The notes under the pieces are model-generated. The model searched no databases, had not been told where the DNA came from, and saw nothing but the letters and a program-made list of their open reading frames with translations. The position numbers were made by a program, and so were the translations under genes. A stretch of 64,000 nt of DNA from the NCBI GenBank assembly GCA_965112735.1, contig OZ218952.1, positions 1,426,001 to 1,490,000 on the forward strand, given 5' to 3'. Positions within the stretch are counted from its first letter, which is position 1. Each line of letters starts with the position of its first letter. Source of the DNA: Phaeosaccion multiseriatum (taxonomy: Eukaryota; Protista; Ochrophyta, other classes). Below are positions 50,467 through 63,600 of this stretch, in pieces.

Positions 50467-52781
50467 ATGCCCATGGCGCCCTCCTCAGTAGCGGTGGCTG
50501 TGTCGGCGGTGGTGCTGCTGCAGGCGGCCTGTGTCACTCAGGCCTTCATGCCGCAGCTCTCGGCAGGAGTGATCGGCAGCGGTAGCGTGAAGAACACTCG
50601 GTGGGTTCTTTCGTCTCTGTATTAATTTTGCTGCCGTCACCCTTTTTGGATGCTTTGCTGCACCTCTCTTCTCTTACTCCAGTCCTCTCCTCCTACCTCC
50701 TCTGTTCTATTTGCAGCGGTCGGAGCAGTAGCAGCAGAGCAGTCGCAGGCGGAAGGGGATGGGCAGCGCAGGTGAGAGGCGTTGACATCGAGGCCCCTCT
50801 CCATTCAGGGAGGGTACAAATGCTGACCCCCCCCCGCTCTATCTCTCTCTCTCTCACACACACACAGAATGTGTTCGCCTCCAAGCGATCTCCGCTTACT
50901 ACGCGACTCCACGCTGCGGAGCCAGAGAAGACGGAAGTGGAGGTGGCCGAGGAAGACGATGTGAGAGAGCAGAGCAAGCAAGAGAGGGAGGGGGTATTGC
51001 AGCATGCCTCATTGATGTGTGCGTGTGCTAGAGAAGGGTGGGGCTCCGGTCGCGCTACTAGTGTAGCTCTTGGTGTGGAAAAGTCCAGTGCATGTAGAGG
51101 AGTTTTGTCGGTGCCAAAGATGGGTGGAAGGGACGGGGCACTCGATCAACAAGGCCATGTCGTACACCTTTCTGACTCCACATCTTTCCTTTTTTTGATT
51201 GCGGGTGCTTCCCCTCTTTCCAACCACTCGTGTGCTGCTGCCCACTGCTTCTGCTGCTCCAGCCGACTTACTTTGAGACGGAGAAGATCTTTTACGACGC
51301 ACGGTCGGGCCGATTCTACGAGAAGAACATGGAGGAGGTGAGACCAAGGAATGAATGTGCTGCTGCTCACACTATATATCATTTTGGTGAAATGTGGTGC
51401 CAACCACCTCGATGTATCGCTATCGCTCCTCACTCAGTCACTGATTGGCTGAGTGACTGACCGTAAGTACCACATGCTGCCTTGCCTTGTCCGCGCCACC
51501 ACACCCACGCCATCCCCACCCCAGGTTTGTCGCGATGAGTACTGCACCATCGATAAGGAGACAGGCAAGCAAATCATGCTTTCCAAGGAGGAGAAGGAGA
51601 GAATCTTCCTGGACAGCATCCAAAGCTTCTACTACAGCTCGAGGAAGGTGAGGGAGGGAGGGAGGGAGGGAGGGAGGGAGGGAGTGGCTTGCTACAGTCA
51701 CAAAACAAAAGGCTCGAGCGGGTTTCTCTTCTGATTCTTTTTCCTTACTCAGATATGAACTTCTTCGACCTTGCTTTTTTGCCCTCACTCACTCACTCAC
51801 TCACTCACTCACTGACCTCGTCACTCACCCACTCACCCACTCACCCACTGACATATGATGTCCCTTGATGCGATGAAGGTGCTCGAGGACGATGACTTTG
51901 ACCGACTCAAGTCCGACCTGGAGTGGGAGGGATCGGAGGTGGTGTTCATGAACAGGTCAGAGAGGCGGTCGGAGCGAGGTCATGCCTCTTTTTGACCGAC
52001 CTGCCGACCTGGAGCCAATCTGAGCGACTTTGACGAAGGAGGGGCGCGCCTGAGCGTTGTCGCCCTCTCTCTCTCTCTCTCCCTCGCTTCCCACCCCTGC
52101 TTGGCGCTCGTTACCCGATCCCTTTCCTCCCCCGAATCCCCCCGTGCCATCTCTCCTCTTCGTAATCCTAATCCTAATCAACAATGCCGATCTATGCCCA
52201 CCCATGTGCCCACACAGGAAGGAGAAGCTGTTCCTCGCGGCCATGGGTGCCTACTCGAAGGGAGAGAGCATTATTACGGACTCTGAGTTTGACACTCTTA
52301 AGGTTCGTTACAATAGACAGATGAAGCTACAGAGGGACAGCAAGTACGGGCTTGGTCCATCCATCTCTGTCCTCTGTCCGTCTCTTTTGTCTTGTCTCCA
52401 CGTCTTTTATCTCTCTCTCTGTGTTATCCGCATCTCGAGTCTGTCTCTGGACATTGCCATTCTTCCTTCTCCTGCACGCCTTTTCATTTTAGAATGTGCT
52501 CTCTTCTGCCTTTGTTCCCTCGCTTTCCTTCTCCCTTCTCCCTTCTCCCTTCTCCCCTCCTTCCTTCCTTCCTTCCTTCCTTCCGTATCTTGTTCCTCCC
52601 TCCGTCCCCTCCCCTCTTCTCTTCCACTCATGTGCGGCTCCCCCCCCCCCCACTCCTCGAATGCATCCCTCTTCCTTCCCTTCCCGTCTCCTCTTCTCTT
52701 CCACTCATGTGCGGCTTCCCCCCCCCCCCGCTACTACTACTACTACTACTACTGCTGCGACTACTACTACTACTACTACTT

Positions 52782-52833
<52 letters not shown>

Positions 52834-54579
52834 CACTTCTCGAATGCATCCCTCTCCCTTCCCTTCCCGTCCCCTCAGGCCGAGCTCAAGGAGGAAGGCA
52901 GCAAGGTGGCTGTGAGCACTGAGCCCAAGTGCTATGTGGATACGGGCATCTGCTCCGTCACCTTCCAAGAGGACAAGGTAAGCACCGCACAGCACAGAAA
53001 AGCAGCACAGCAGAACACAGGAAGTCGTCTTAAGTCTCCGTCAAGGGCGGAGATGTAGAGAACAGAAGATGTGAAACCATCCCGTAGTCCATTCGTCCGC
53101 TCCATCCATCCATCCATCTATCCATCAGTCAATGAACCAATCTGTCCTTCTTTTGTGTTGTTGGTCCATGTCCTCCCCCTCCCATCCACGAGTCTGATTC
53201 CTCCCTCCACTCCCGCCGCCTCTCCCTCTCTGTCCGTCCTTTTCCGTGCTCTCTCTGTTCTTGCCTCTCTCCTCTCCCCCTCCTCTCCCTCGCTCTCGCT
53301 CTCTCGGCCTCTCTCCCTCTCTCTATCCCTCTGTCCCTTTTCTCTCTCTCTCTCTCTCTCGCTCTCTCTCTCTCTTTCTCTCTCTCCCCCTCCTCTCCCT
53401 CGCTCTCGCTCTCTCGGCCTCTCTCCCTCTCTCTATCCCTCTGTCCCTTTTCTCTCTCTCTCTCTCTCAAGTTCCGCAACTTAATGCTTTACGTGGCCCC
53501 GGGAGGCACTGTGTTCTTCTTCTTCTTCTTCGGTCTTCTCTACGAGATCATCGAGCCCTTGAGGTATGTCAAGGGGATGGGAGGGGTAGATACGTGTAAG
53601 GTTATGTAAAGGCACTTGTTTAACATTATACTTACGCATTCTATTACGTTTGTACGCACTCAAAAGCGGCCTTATCTATCACCTGCTGGTACCTACGTCC
53701 GCTCTCTGATGTGCTGCTGCCACTCTTCCCTCTCCACTCCCCTGTCTGCCTGCCTGTCTGCCTGCCTGCCCCTTCGCTCTCCTCTCTCTCTCTCTCTCAG
53801 ATACATCAACCCACTGCTGCTCATCCCAATCGCGATGGTGCCCACGTGGGCGGCCTCCAAGGTTGGTTACTTTTATTCTTCAGTTAATGCCTGGTGTCAG
53901 CCTCCTGTGTTCACCTCAAATCTCCCCCCCCCGAAATCAAATCCTAAAAAAGCAAACCAACTCCCCTAAAAATGGTGCCTTGTTTTGATTTATGTTTGTC
54001 ATGTATCTTCTCTCAGGTGTTCACGGAGAAGATCTTCCTTGGGGGCAACCCCCTTGTAGTGTACGGGCCCTGCCCCTCCTGCGGCGCGGAGAACAGGGTC
54101 TTCTTCGGCGACATTGTGGGCGTGGAGGTGAGAGGGAGAGAGAGGTGGAGCACAGCGAGAGAGAGAGGGACAGAGGGAGAGAGAGGAGAAATAGAGAATG
54201 GAGAGCTTAACATCACATAGAGACAGAGAGCAACAAGGGTCAAGTCTCGTAGGAGCTCTGTCCCGCTGTGGTGTGGTGCCTCTGCGCATCATGAAGGATG
54301 AGTGATGATATGCCTCCCATCGCGTCAATTCATTTTTCGTGACTGATTGGCTGGCTGACGCAATTTCCCTTTTGTTGTGCCTGACTGCCTGCCGCCGTCT
54401 TTTGTCGGTCTTGTCCTTCCTCCCCCTCATCGCTCTGGTTCGTCCCTCACCTTTGTTGTTCGCAGGGGTACAAGCGAGATGCTGAGATTAAGTGTACCAA
54501 CTGCAAGACCAAAATCACAGTTGGCAAGGCCGACCTCAGGGCGAGGAGCATGCCCTCTGAGGAGCTTCTCGCAACGTAG
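50467..54579 (+). CDS. PGRL1: PGR5-like protein 1 (cyclic electron flow), plastid-targeted, 12 exons
   Basis: Presequence with TQA-FMP cleavage motif. YCTID..EKERIFLDSIQSFYY, FDRLKSDLEWEGS, FLAAMGAY..EFDTLKAELKEEGS, two hydrophobic segments, GPCPSCGAENRVFFG and KCTNCK. TAG at 54577-54579. Start could be 50467 or 50473. Confidence 0.92.
52731..52833. repeat. (TAC)n microsatellite, PGRL1 intron
   Basis: CTA triplet run, flanked by duplicated CTCGAATGCATCCCTCT blocks. Confidence 0.92.
53275..53468. repeat. About 80-bp direct duplication in a CT-rich PGRL1 intron
   Basis: TCCCCCTCCTCTCCCTCGCTCTCGCTCTCTCGGCC..CCCTTTTCTCTC occurs twice, 110 bp apart. Confidence 0.85.
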
Positions 54580-55844
54580 AGAGAGAGGGAGGGAGGTGGA
54601 GAGAGAGAAAAAGAAAGGAGGAGAGAGTTTTCACACACGCAACACACAAGAGTCGGTGAGTGGAGTGGGGGAAGGGAAGGGAAGGGAAGGGAAGGGACTC
54701 CAAAACAAGAGGCTTTTAATTTATTTCAAATTGGAGCGGCTGGCAAGACGTGGGATCCTTCGAAGCGCTGGAGGAGCGGCAGAAGCAGCGACAGCAGAGT
54801 GGAGTGGAGCTTGGGAGCGGGTAGAGCACACGCGCGCTTTTGATCACACGCGTTTGATGGTCAGCAGTGGTTAGAGTGGTAGGGGGGGATAGAGTGGAGA
54901 ACGAGGGCGAGGAGAGGGAGAGCGAAGCGAAGGGATGAGAGAGTGAATGCCTTCGGAGCAAGGGAACGACGAGATGGGTGTGGCAGCCTTTTGGACACGG
55001 ATGGACTTCACTCAAGGCTCTGCTGTGGGCCTGGGACTTGGGTGTTGAGTTACAGATCCACACGAGGGTGTCGAGGGTGCTGACTGATTGTCATGCCATG
55101 GATAGAGCCTGCCCAGCGAGGGCGGGAGGGAATAGACGAAGGGATGGGGTGGGGGGAGGAGGGGAGGGGTAGCTAGCTGTCTCCCTCCCTCTCTCTCTCT
55201 CTCGAAAATATTACTACTTATCGTATTGCAGAGTACAGTAGGTCGAGCTGTACTGGGGGGGGGGGGGCTACAGGACAGCAGCTTTCCAACATCATTACTT
55301 ATTCATAAATTTATCAAAGGGGTTAACTTATTCGTTTTATTATGTACACAGTTTTAAGCAATCGAAAGCAAATGTACCGCTTCGCTGGCCCTAAGAGGAG
55401 TGCAGACCTACAGGTGTGCTGCTACCCACTGACTGGGCGGCACCACGCACGCGCCCACGGTCACTGGGAGGCTGCCTAGAGGCGGGATACAGTATATAGG
55501 CCGCCTAGGACTGAAAAGTGAGCGGCCTAGAGCGACCGGCCGCCGGCCTAGGTCGGTCCCTTTCATTGCATGTTGGGTGACTGAGCGTCGACATCTGTTG
55601 GATGCTTTCTCTTTTTTTTTTTTTTTCGCTGCGCGCTTGTTGCTTGTTGGCTGGCTGCCTTCCCCTTCTCCTGCTCTCTTCCAAACCTAACCAAGGAAAA
55701 GAAGAGAAGGTAGTCGAAGACTTGCAGCGGGTACCAACAGAAAGCACTCCAGTGGCCCGAGAAGTGAAAGAGCGAGTAGAGGAGGAAGCCTGCGTTGTCC
55801 TCCTCCGATATATTGAACAAGAGAGACAGAAAAGCAGACGATAT

Positions 55845-58800
55845 ATGGACCTCTCGTCTCTACTTTCTCGGTTTTCTGGCGGGGCAGGCCTGGAAGATGT
55901 CGAAGTGTCCTCCTCAGAGGGCTCGCCCCCACGGGAAGCGACACTGGAGGAGTGGGGAGAAACTAGGATGGGGGGGGAGGAGGGGGAGCAGCAGCAGCAG
56001 CAGGAGCAGCAGCAGCAACAGCAGCAGCGCGGAAGAGCAGATGCCGTTACTTCCCCACTTCCGTCCGGGCAGCAGCGGCTTCAGGTACTGTTTGGTGGCT
56101 TTGATCTTCCCGGTCCCTTCACCTTAGTCCTCCGTTCTTGCCGCTGCTCTCCCACCTCCTCACCCCAACCCTTGCCCCCCCCCATGCTCCCCCCGTCCGT
56201 TGTCTTTCTGCACTGCTGTCCCCCCTTTCATCTTCTTTAGACGCCTATCACACCCATCATCACCAGCAGCAGCACTCCCACGTCTACGCCCTCCCGCCCC
56301 AAGACTCTCCAACCCCCTACTGGGCAGCAGCAGCAGCAGCAGATGCAGCAATTAGTGCTACAGCAGTCGCCGCAGCCTCACACCCCTCCAATTCCTCCCG
56401 CCCAATCTCCCCGCCGGGGCCTGCCCTTCCACTCCGACCCTTCTACCATGACGTTTTTCCCCTCGCCCGGCGACCCCCGTCGTCGTCCTCTGACCCACTT
56501 TGTCTGGGACGAGAAGCAGCAGTACCAAAAGGGGGCAGGGGGGGAGGCAGGAGAGGGCGACGAGGGGGGCGAGGGGGGTGCGTTGGAGGGAGGCACGGAG
56601 GGGAGAGAAGCGCTTGTGCAACCCAATCTAAAGACCTACTGGATGCCGGACAAGATGTGTAAGGTAAGTGGGGATGGACATGTGTGAAGGGCGCTGCGCG
56701 ACCCGAACCATCCCACACCCTCCCTCCCTCCCTGTCTGTCTGCCTGCCTGCCTGTCTGTCTGCAGCCTCAGTCCTGTTATTCCTGTCGGTCTGGCCCCTC
56801 TCCTGCCCTTCTCCGATTTGTTTGGTGTTGGGTTGATGGGCTGGTTTGGTTGAATTAATTCATTTCATTTCACCAATCGCCTACTTGACTGACTGACTGA
56901 CTGATTGACTGACTGACTGGCTGACTGACTGACTGATTGACTGCACTCCGCTCCCCCCATTGATTGAAAGGTGTGCTACGAGTGCGAGTTACCCTTCACC
57001 ATGTTCCGACGGCGGCACCACTGCCGCGCCTGCGGACAGATCTTTTGCCACCAGTGCTCCTTCCACAATCTCGATGGGGGCTCAGGGTCATACGGTACGT
57101 GATACGTTACGTGATACGTTACGTACGTACACCTCCCATATGCATCTATACATGCCTCTCATTTGTACCTGTGTGGCGTGTTTCGACCCTTGTTCGACCC
57201 CTGTGGCTATACTGTTCGTGCGTCGTTACGTTGTCCCACCATCCCGTCCACGCCGTTAACACGCCTTAACACCGTGAACACGCAATGGTGCAGGAGACGG
57301 GGCTGGAGGCGACAGCGGTGGGGGTTTCTCGCGTGCGTGTCGGCGCTGCCATGACCAGTTGCAGGCGTACAAGCGAGGAAGGAAGAAGGGGAGGTGAGGA
57401 GGGAGGAGTGGAGCGGATGGGGGGAAAGGAAGGAGGAACTTACCACTTCCATTTTTTACTCGTGTTGCTTGTTTCTTGTTTCTTTTGGTCTCAACTTGCT
57501 TGCACCGTCCTATCCATTTCAACGCATTTCAATGTATTCCTGCGCGTTGAATTGCCTGGGCAGAGCCGGGAGCTGGAAGCCCCCCAATCAGGTGCCAGGA
57601 GGAGCGGCAGCGAGGCTGGCGATCGGACGTGGAGCAGGAGCAGGGGGAGGGGGAGGAGGAGGAGGAGGAGGAGGAGGAGGAGTCGGAGGAGGAGGAGGAG
57701 GTGGTAGTGGGGGAGGAGGAGAAAGAAGAGGAGGAGCAGGGGGAGGCAGCAGCAGGGGTACAGATGGGCGCAGCAGCATGAGCAGCAGCAGTAGCAGCAG
57801 CTTGGACTCCCTGGCAGCGAGAAGGTAAGATGGGCGTGACTGGATGTGGGTGGGAGTGGGGTGGGAGTGGAGTGGGGATGGGAGCTTGCTTGTTCCTCTT
57901 CACACGACAGAGTTCCCCCGAAGAAACTGCCCATACGCCTTCCAGCTCCATCTCTTACCAGACCCAAACTCTTCCCGTGCCCCTCTCCACCCACCCATCT
58001 GCGTACGCACACGCGCGCACCCACGCACTTACATACTACTTACGTAGACGGGAGCACCACGCCAAACTCCTCCACGCAGCGGCCTCCGCCTCCTCCTCTC
58101 GACCTTCGTCTCCAACCGATGCTGCTGCCTCACCGACTGCCTATATGACTGCGGCTGCGGCTGCGGCTGCTGCTGCTGTTGCCTCTGCTGCCGGCCCTCA
58201 AGGAGGAGGAGGAGGAGGAGAAGGAGTAGGAGGAGGAGGAGGAGGAGGAGGAGGAGGAGGAGGAGGAGGAGGAGGAGGAGGAGGAGGAGGAGGAGGAGGG
58301 GGGGGGGGGGGAGGAGGAGGAGGTGTGCGCACCCTTCTCGCCAGTGACTCCCCAAGGGGTGGCAGCTCTTCTGCTGTCTCTGGCGTTGGCGTGACTCCAT
58401 TGGTGGTGGGCGGAGTGGTGGTGGATGGGACGCCGACGAGCGGCAGGGGCAGAAAGAGGTCAGTGAGCGCGTGGCATGCGTGCGTACGTGTATGCGTGTG
58501 TGCGTGCGTGTGTGAGTGTGGACTTTGCTCGGCCCCTGTCTCAAGCGCCCTTCCCTCCCTCCCTCCCTCCCTCCCTCCCTCCCTCCCTCCATCCATCCCT
58601 ACCTCCCTACCTCCCTCCCTCCCTCCCTCCCTCCCTCCCTCCCTCCCTCCCTCCCTCCCTCCCTCCCTACCTCCCTCCCCTCTCTTTCTCGCAGCAGTAG
58701 CTCCAGCCTCGGCCCGTCCTCTCCCACCACCCCTCTCCGTCCCGCCAAGTCCTCTGTGCGGCCAGGCTCGGCAGCGGCCCTGAGGATGCAGGCCTTCCTC

Positions 58801-60605
58801 GAGGCGCAGAGGTACAATATAGAGGTACGTAGGTTAGGTGGGTATAGTATGTCAATGGATGGGCTGGTGGGTGGGTGGGCAGGTGGAAGGTGGGTGGGGG
58901 GGTAGGTGGAACTAACTGTCCCGCTCCCCCCCGGCCTGCCCTTCCCTGCCCTGCCCATATACCTCTACCCTGCCCCAACTCAACACCACAGCCGCCGGAA
59001 CAACAGTTGGCGAACACTTCTGCCCTGGAGATGGCCGCTGTGCACCACCTCGAGGGCATGGTGCGGCAACTCGTCAAGAGAGAGGGACCCAACATCAGCA
59101 GCGCAAGGGCGGAGGAGTGGAGCAGGATCGTCACACTCCTCGTTCAGCAGGTGGGCATGCCCCGTGTGGGCATGTGTGGGCATGTGTGGGCATGTGTGGG
59201 CATGTGTGGGTATGTGTGGGTATGTGTGGGCATGTGTGGGCATGTGTGGGCATGTGTGGGCATGTGTGGGCATGTGTGGGCATGTGTGGGCATGTGTGGG
59301 TGTGTGTGGGCTTGTGTGGGCATGTGTGGGCATGTGTGGGCATGTGTGGGCATGTGTGGGCATGCCCCGTGTGGGCATGTGTGGGCACGTGTGTGTGTGT
59401 GTGTGTGTCAGTGCGTGTGTGTGGCAACCTTCCCTCCTGACAATTCTGAATCCTATGCCCTGACACCCTATGTCCTGACGTCTCTATCCCTCGTGATACC
59501 CTCCCTCCGTCTCTCCGGACACCCTCCCTCCCTCTCTCTGTCCTGACACCTCTGAAACCTTTGGTCCTCTGACACCCTCTGTCCTGACACCCTCTGTCCT
59601 GACACTTCTGTATTGACATCTCTGTCCCTCCTGACACCTGTGAAACCTTTGGCCCTCTGAAACCCTCGAGTCCTGACACCCTCTGTCCTGACACTTCTGT
59701 ATTGACACCTCTGTATTGACTGTCTCTGTCCCTCCTGACACCAGGTGGTGAGCACTGTAGACCCGGACGTGAAGGGCGGTGACTCCCTCGACATCCGCCC
59801 CTACGTCAAGGTCAAGCTCATCCCGGGGGGGTCTATGGACGAGTGCCGGTAAGCAACGTCCGATCCTATCGAGTGTCAGGTGTCAGATGCCACTCGTCTG
59901 TCGACTTGCCTTACGTTCAAGCCCCGTTCCCCCACCCCCACCCCCTCTCTGCGTACGCTTTTCTCTTCTCTCCCTACCTCTCTTCTCTTCCCCTTTACCC
60001 TCCTCTCTCGCTCTTACACCCTGCATGCACGGCAGATATGTTGACGGGGTGGTGTTTCGGAAGAACGTTGCCCACAAGAGAATGGCCACGTGAGTACCTT
60101 CCCATATGCCTGTCTGCCTGCCCATACGCCTGCCTGCCTGTGTGCCTGCTCATATGCCTCTGCCCGCACAAGCCCCCTTGCTGGGCATTTCATCGACCTC
60201 TTGATGCTCGACATTGCTTGACATAATTGACCATACCATTCTTTGCTTGACATGCGTCCCCTCCCCTCCCCTCCCCTCCCCTTGCTGCGCGCAGGTCGGT
60301 ACTGGACCCCCGTATCCTGCTCCTGTCCGGAGGCATCGAGTTCCACCGCAGCGACAGCCGCATCGCCAGCCTGGACACCCTCAGGGAGCAGGAGGACAGG
60401 TACGTCCTATCCCTCCCCCCCTGGGTCTTGTCCTCCTCCTGTCGCCCTTCACTGGTCCTGCTGCTCACGGTGAAGTGTCCTTCCCCTGTACTGTACTGCC
60501 CTGTACTCTGTGCTCTTCTCTCCTGTATCACCAACTGCTGCAGGTATACGCAGATTCTGGTGGGCAAGGTCGTGGCGCTCAAGCCTGACCTCGTCATGAT
60601 AGGAA

Positions 60606-60674
<69 letters not shown>

Positions 60675-63600
60675 TGTGTGTGTGTGTGAGAGAGAGAGAG
60701 AGGGAGAGAGAGAGAGAGAGCGCGCGCCTGTCGATGGCGAAACTGATGAAATGGGACTTGGTCATGTCCCGCCCCCCTTTGCCGCGGCTGTCTGGAATGA
60801 GACGAGCTCACCTCAAAAGTCTCCCTCCCTCCCTTCCCTGTCCCTCCTTCTCGCACCCACACCCTCTCACCCATCCGCCCACCCATCTATCCACCCACTC
60901 ACCGTCCCCTGCCATCCCCTGCCATCCCCTGCCATCCCCTGCGCCATCCCCTGCCATCCTCTCCCTTTGCACCTGGTTAGGCTGCGTCTCGCCTGGCCCA
61001 AAGCCTCCTTCTGCAGCAAGGTGTAACGCTCGTGCAACATGTTAAGCCCAAGCTCATGCACAGAATCGCAAGGCTCGTGGGTGGGGAGGTGAGAGGAGGG
61101 AGGGGGGCAAGGGAGGGAGGGGGGGGGGGAGAGGGCATACGCTTCCCTCGATTCTATTTTGCGTGTACAGAAAGAGCTTTCGCCATTAGCCCTTCTCTTT
61201 TGTGTCTTGCGCCTTGCCCCCGCCTCTGTCCATCCTAGACATTCGCCCAGTCGTCGCCAAGTGGCACCTTCCATCCACCCACTGTCCATTTCGTCTGACT
61301 CTTTCATCGGACTATTCACCTTCATCTCTGTCTCTTCTGTGTGTCTCTCTCCACCCTTTCTCCGCCTCTCTTTTGTCTCCTCTGTCTGCCTCTCTCCATC
61401 TCTTTCCCCCCTTCTGTCACTCCAATGAAGGTCCTGCCATCTGTGGACCACATGACCGGAGAACCAATGGGCAGGGACCGCCTGAGGGCTCTGGGCAGAT
61501 GCGCCTCTTTCTACACGCAGAGCTTCGCCACCTTGGGACTCGAGGTAAGTCAACACCCAAGTCCACCATATGTCATGGAACGCGCACCATAAGTCAACTG
61601 TGTGACGCAGTGCCTTCCTCACCCCCCATCTTTTGAAGATGGCACCTTTCAATCGTCTTGACTACCTCCTCCTCCTCCTCCTGCTCCTCCTCCTGCTCCT
61701 CCTCCACTACCCCCTCCGCCTCCCCTTCTGCCTCCTTCTGCCTCCCTCCCTCCCTCCCTCTCTCTGCAGGAGGAGACGTTAGCGGCGCACCGCCGGGGAG
61801 AAGGCTTGTCGGAGGAGCTGACGGACCAAAGCACGGCCTGGCTGGGCACGGAATGGGTGCCCAAGGCCTATCGCAGGTGTGCACCCTACCTTACGTACCG
61901 TACCTTATCTTACCTTACGGAGATTTCGTAACCTTTCTCTTGCTTCACCCTACCCCACCCCCCTGCCTGACTAGCGTGCTGTGTGTGTTGGTCTGTTGGT
62001 TGTTTGAAATAAGTGGGAGGCTCTTGTGCGGTGCTGCCAGCTGTGATTATGATGGTGGTGTCCCCAGGAGCGCTGCGTGCCTCTCATGTCTGTCTTTCCC
62101 TTCCGCGTCCGCCTCTTTGCCTGCCTCTCTGCCTGCCTCTCTCTCTCTCTCTCTCTGTCTGTCCCTCTGTCTTGTCGTACCCTTCATCCTTGTGCGTGTG
62201 GGCCATCCCGTGTGGTGCCACCCATTGCCATCTATTGCCATCCTTGGGCCATCGACCGGTATGCTACTGAAAGGGTGCGGGCCCATGGCATGAGTACGTA
62301 CGCCTACATGGAGGGCTGTCCCAAGAACAGAGGCTGCACGCTGGTGCTCAGAGGCCCCGAGGGGGGAAGTAGCACCCAGGGGGGGGGCAGCACCCACGGG
62401 GGCAGCCTGACCGAGCTCAAGGCGGTGAAGCGGGTGGTGAAGCTGGCCTGCAACCTAGCCTACAGTCTGCGCCTCGAAGTTGCTTACCTCAACGACCGCT
62501 TCGCAAGGCTGCCCTTGCCTGCGCTCCTCAACAAGCCGGGCTCGGCGACGACAGTGGCGGAGGGGGGCGCGTCAGGGGGTGGCGATCATGGAGCAGGTAG
62601 TGCAGCAGTTGGTGATACAGCAGCGGGAATGGCAGTCAAGGGCGATGGTGATGGTTGGATGGCAGCCAATGGTGTGGATCTGGACGGCTTCCCACCCGTC
62701 CGCTCGGGCTCTCTCTGCGTGGACTTTGGGTCCCGAGACAGAGCAGAGCAAAAGGCGCACGCGAACAGGCAAGCGGAGGTTGCGCAAGCCGCCAAGATGT
62801 TAGGTAAGTGAGCTAACCTACCTATGTACGTACCTACCTACCTGTCTACCTGTCTACCAATCTACCAACCAACGTACCCCCTGCTACTCTTCTTGCTCCC
62901 ACTCCCCCTCCTCCTCCTGCTCCTTCTCCTCCATCCAACAACACCAACATCGAAACAACAAAACAACAGCAGCCCAGCAGCAAGCCCTAAACCGAACCCA
63001 CCCATCCCTTCCCCCCCCACCCCCCCCCCCACCTGACACCAGGCACTGCTGACTCGCACCTCATGTACAACTCGCTCCTAATCACTTCCCTTTGGATGAG
63101 CGGCCAGACGCAGTGCTGCCCTGCTGAAGTCAAGGGCATCCGCTTCTATGCCAAGCAGGACGTCAGTCTAGGGCAGTTCCTCTTGGACAGGTGGGTGGGT
63201 GGGTGGAGAGGGTCAGGGTGGGTTGGTGGGGAGGGTCAGAGGCGCGGGGAGGGAGGGAAGGAGGGAGGCTGGGAGGGAGGGGAGGAGAGGGAGGGTGGCT
63301 CTTGATAAAGTTTCTCTCTTCTTCCCTCTCTTCTCTTTCCTCTCCTCCTCTTCTTCTCTCTCTTCTCTCTCTCCTCTCTCCTTCTCCCCCACCCCCTCTC
63401 TATCTCTCCATCCTCCCCCTCTCCATCTCTCCATCTCTCCTTCTCTCTCTCCCACGCCCCCCCTCTCCTACATTTCTCTCTCTACTCTTGTTTCGCAGCT
63501 GCTTCAACACGTCGCTCAAGTGTCAAAATGTGAATTGCAAGCGGAGCGTCCGAGACCACGTGCTGTCCTTCATTCACAACGACGGTCGTGTGAACTTCAC

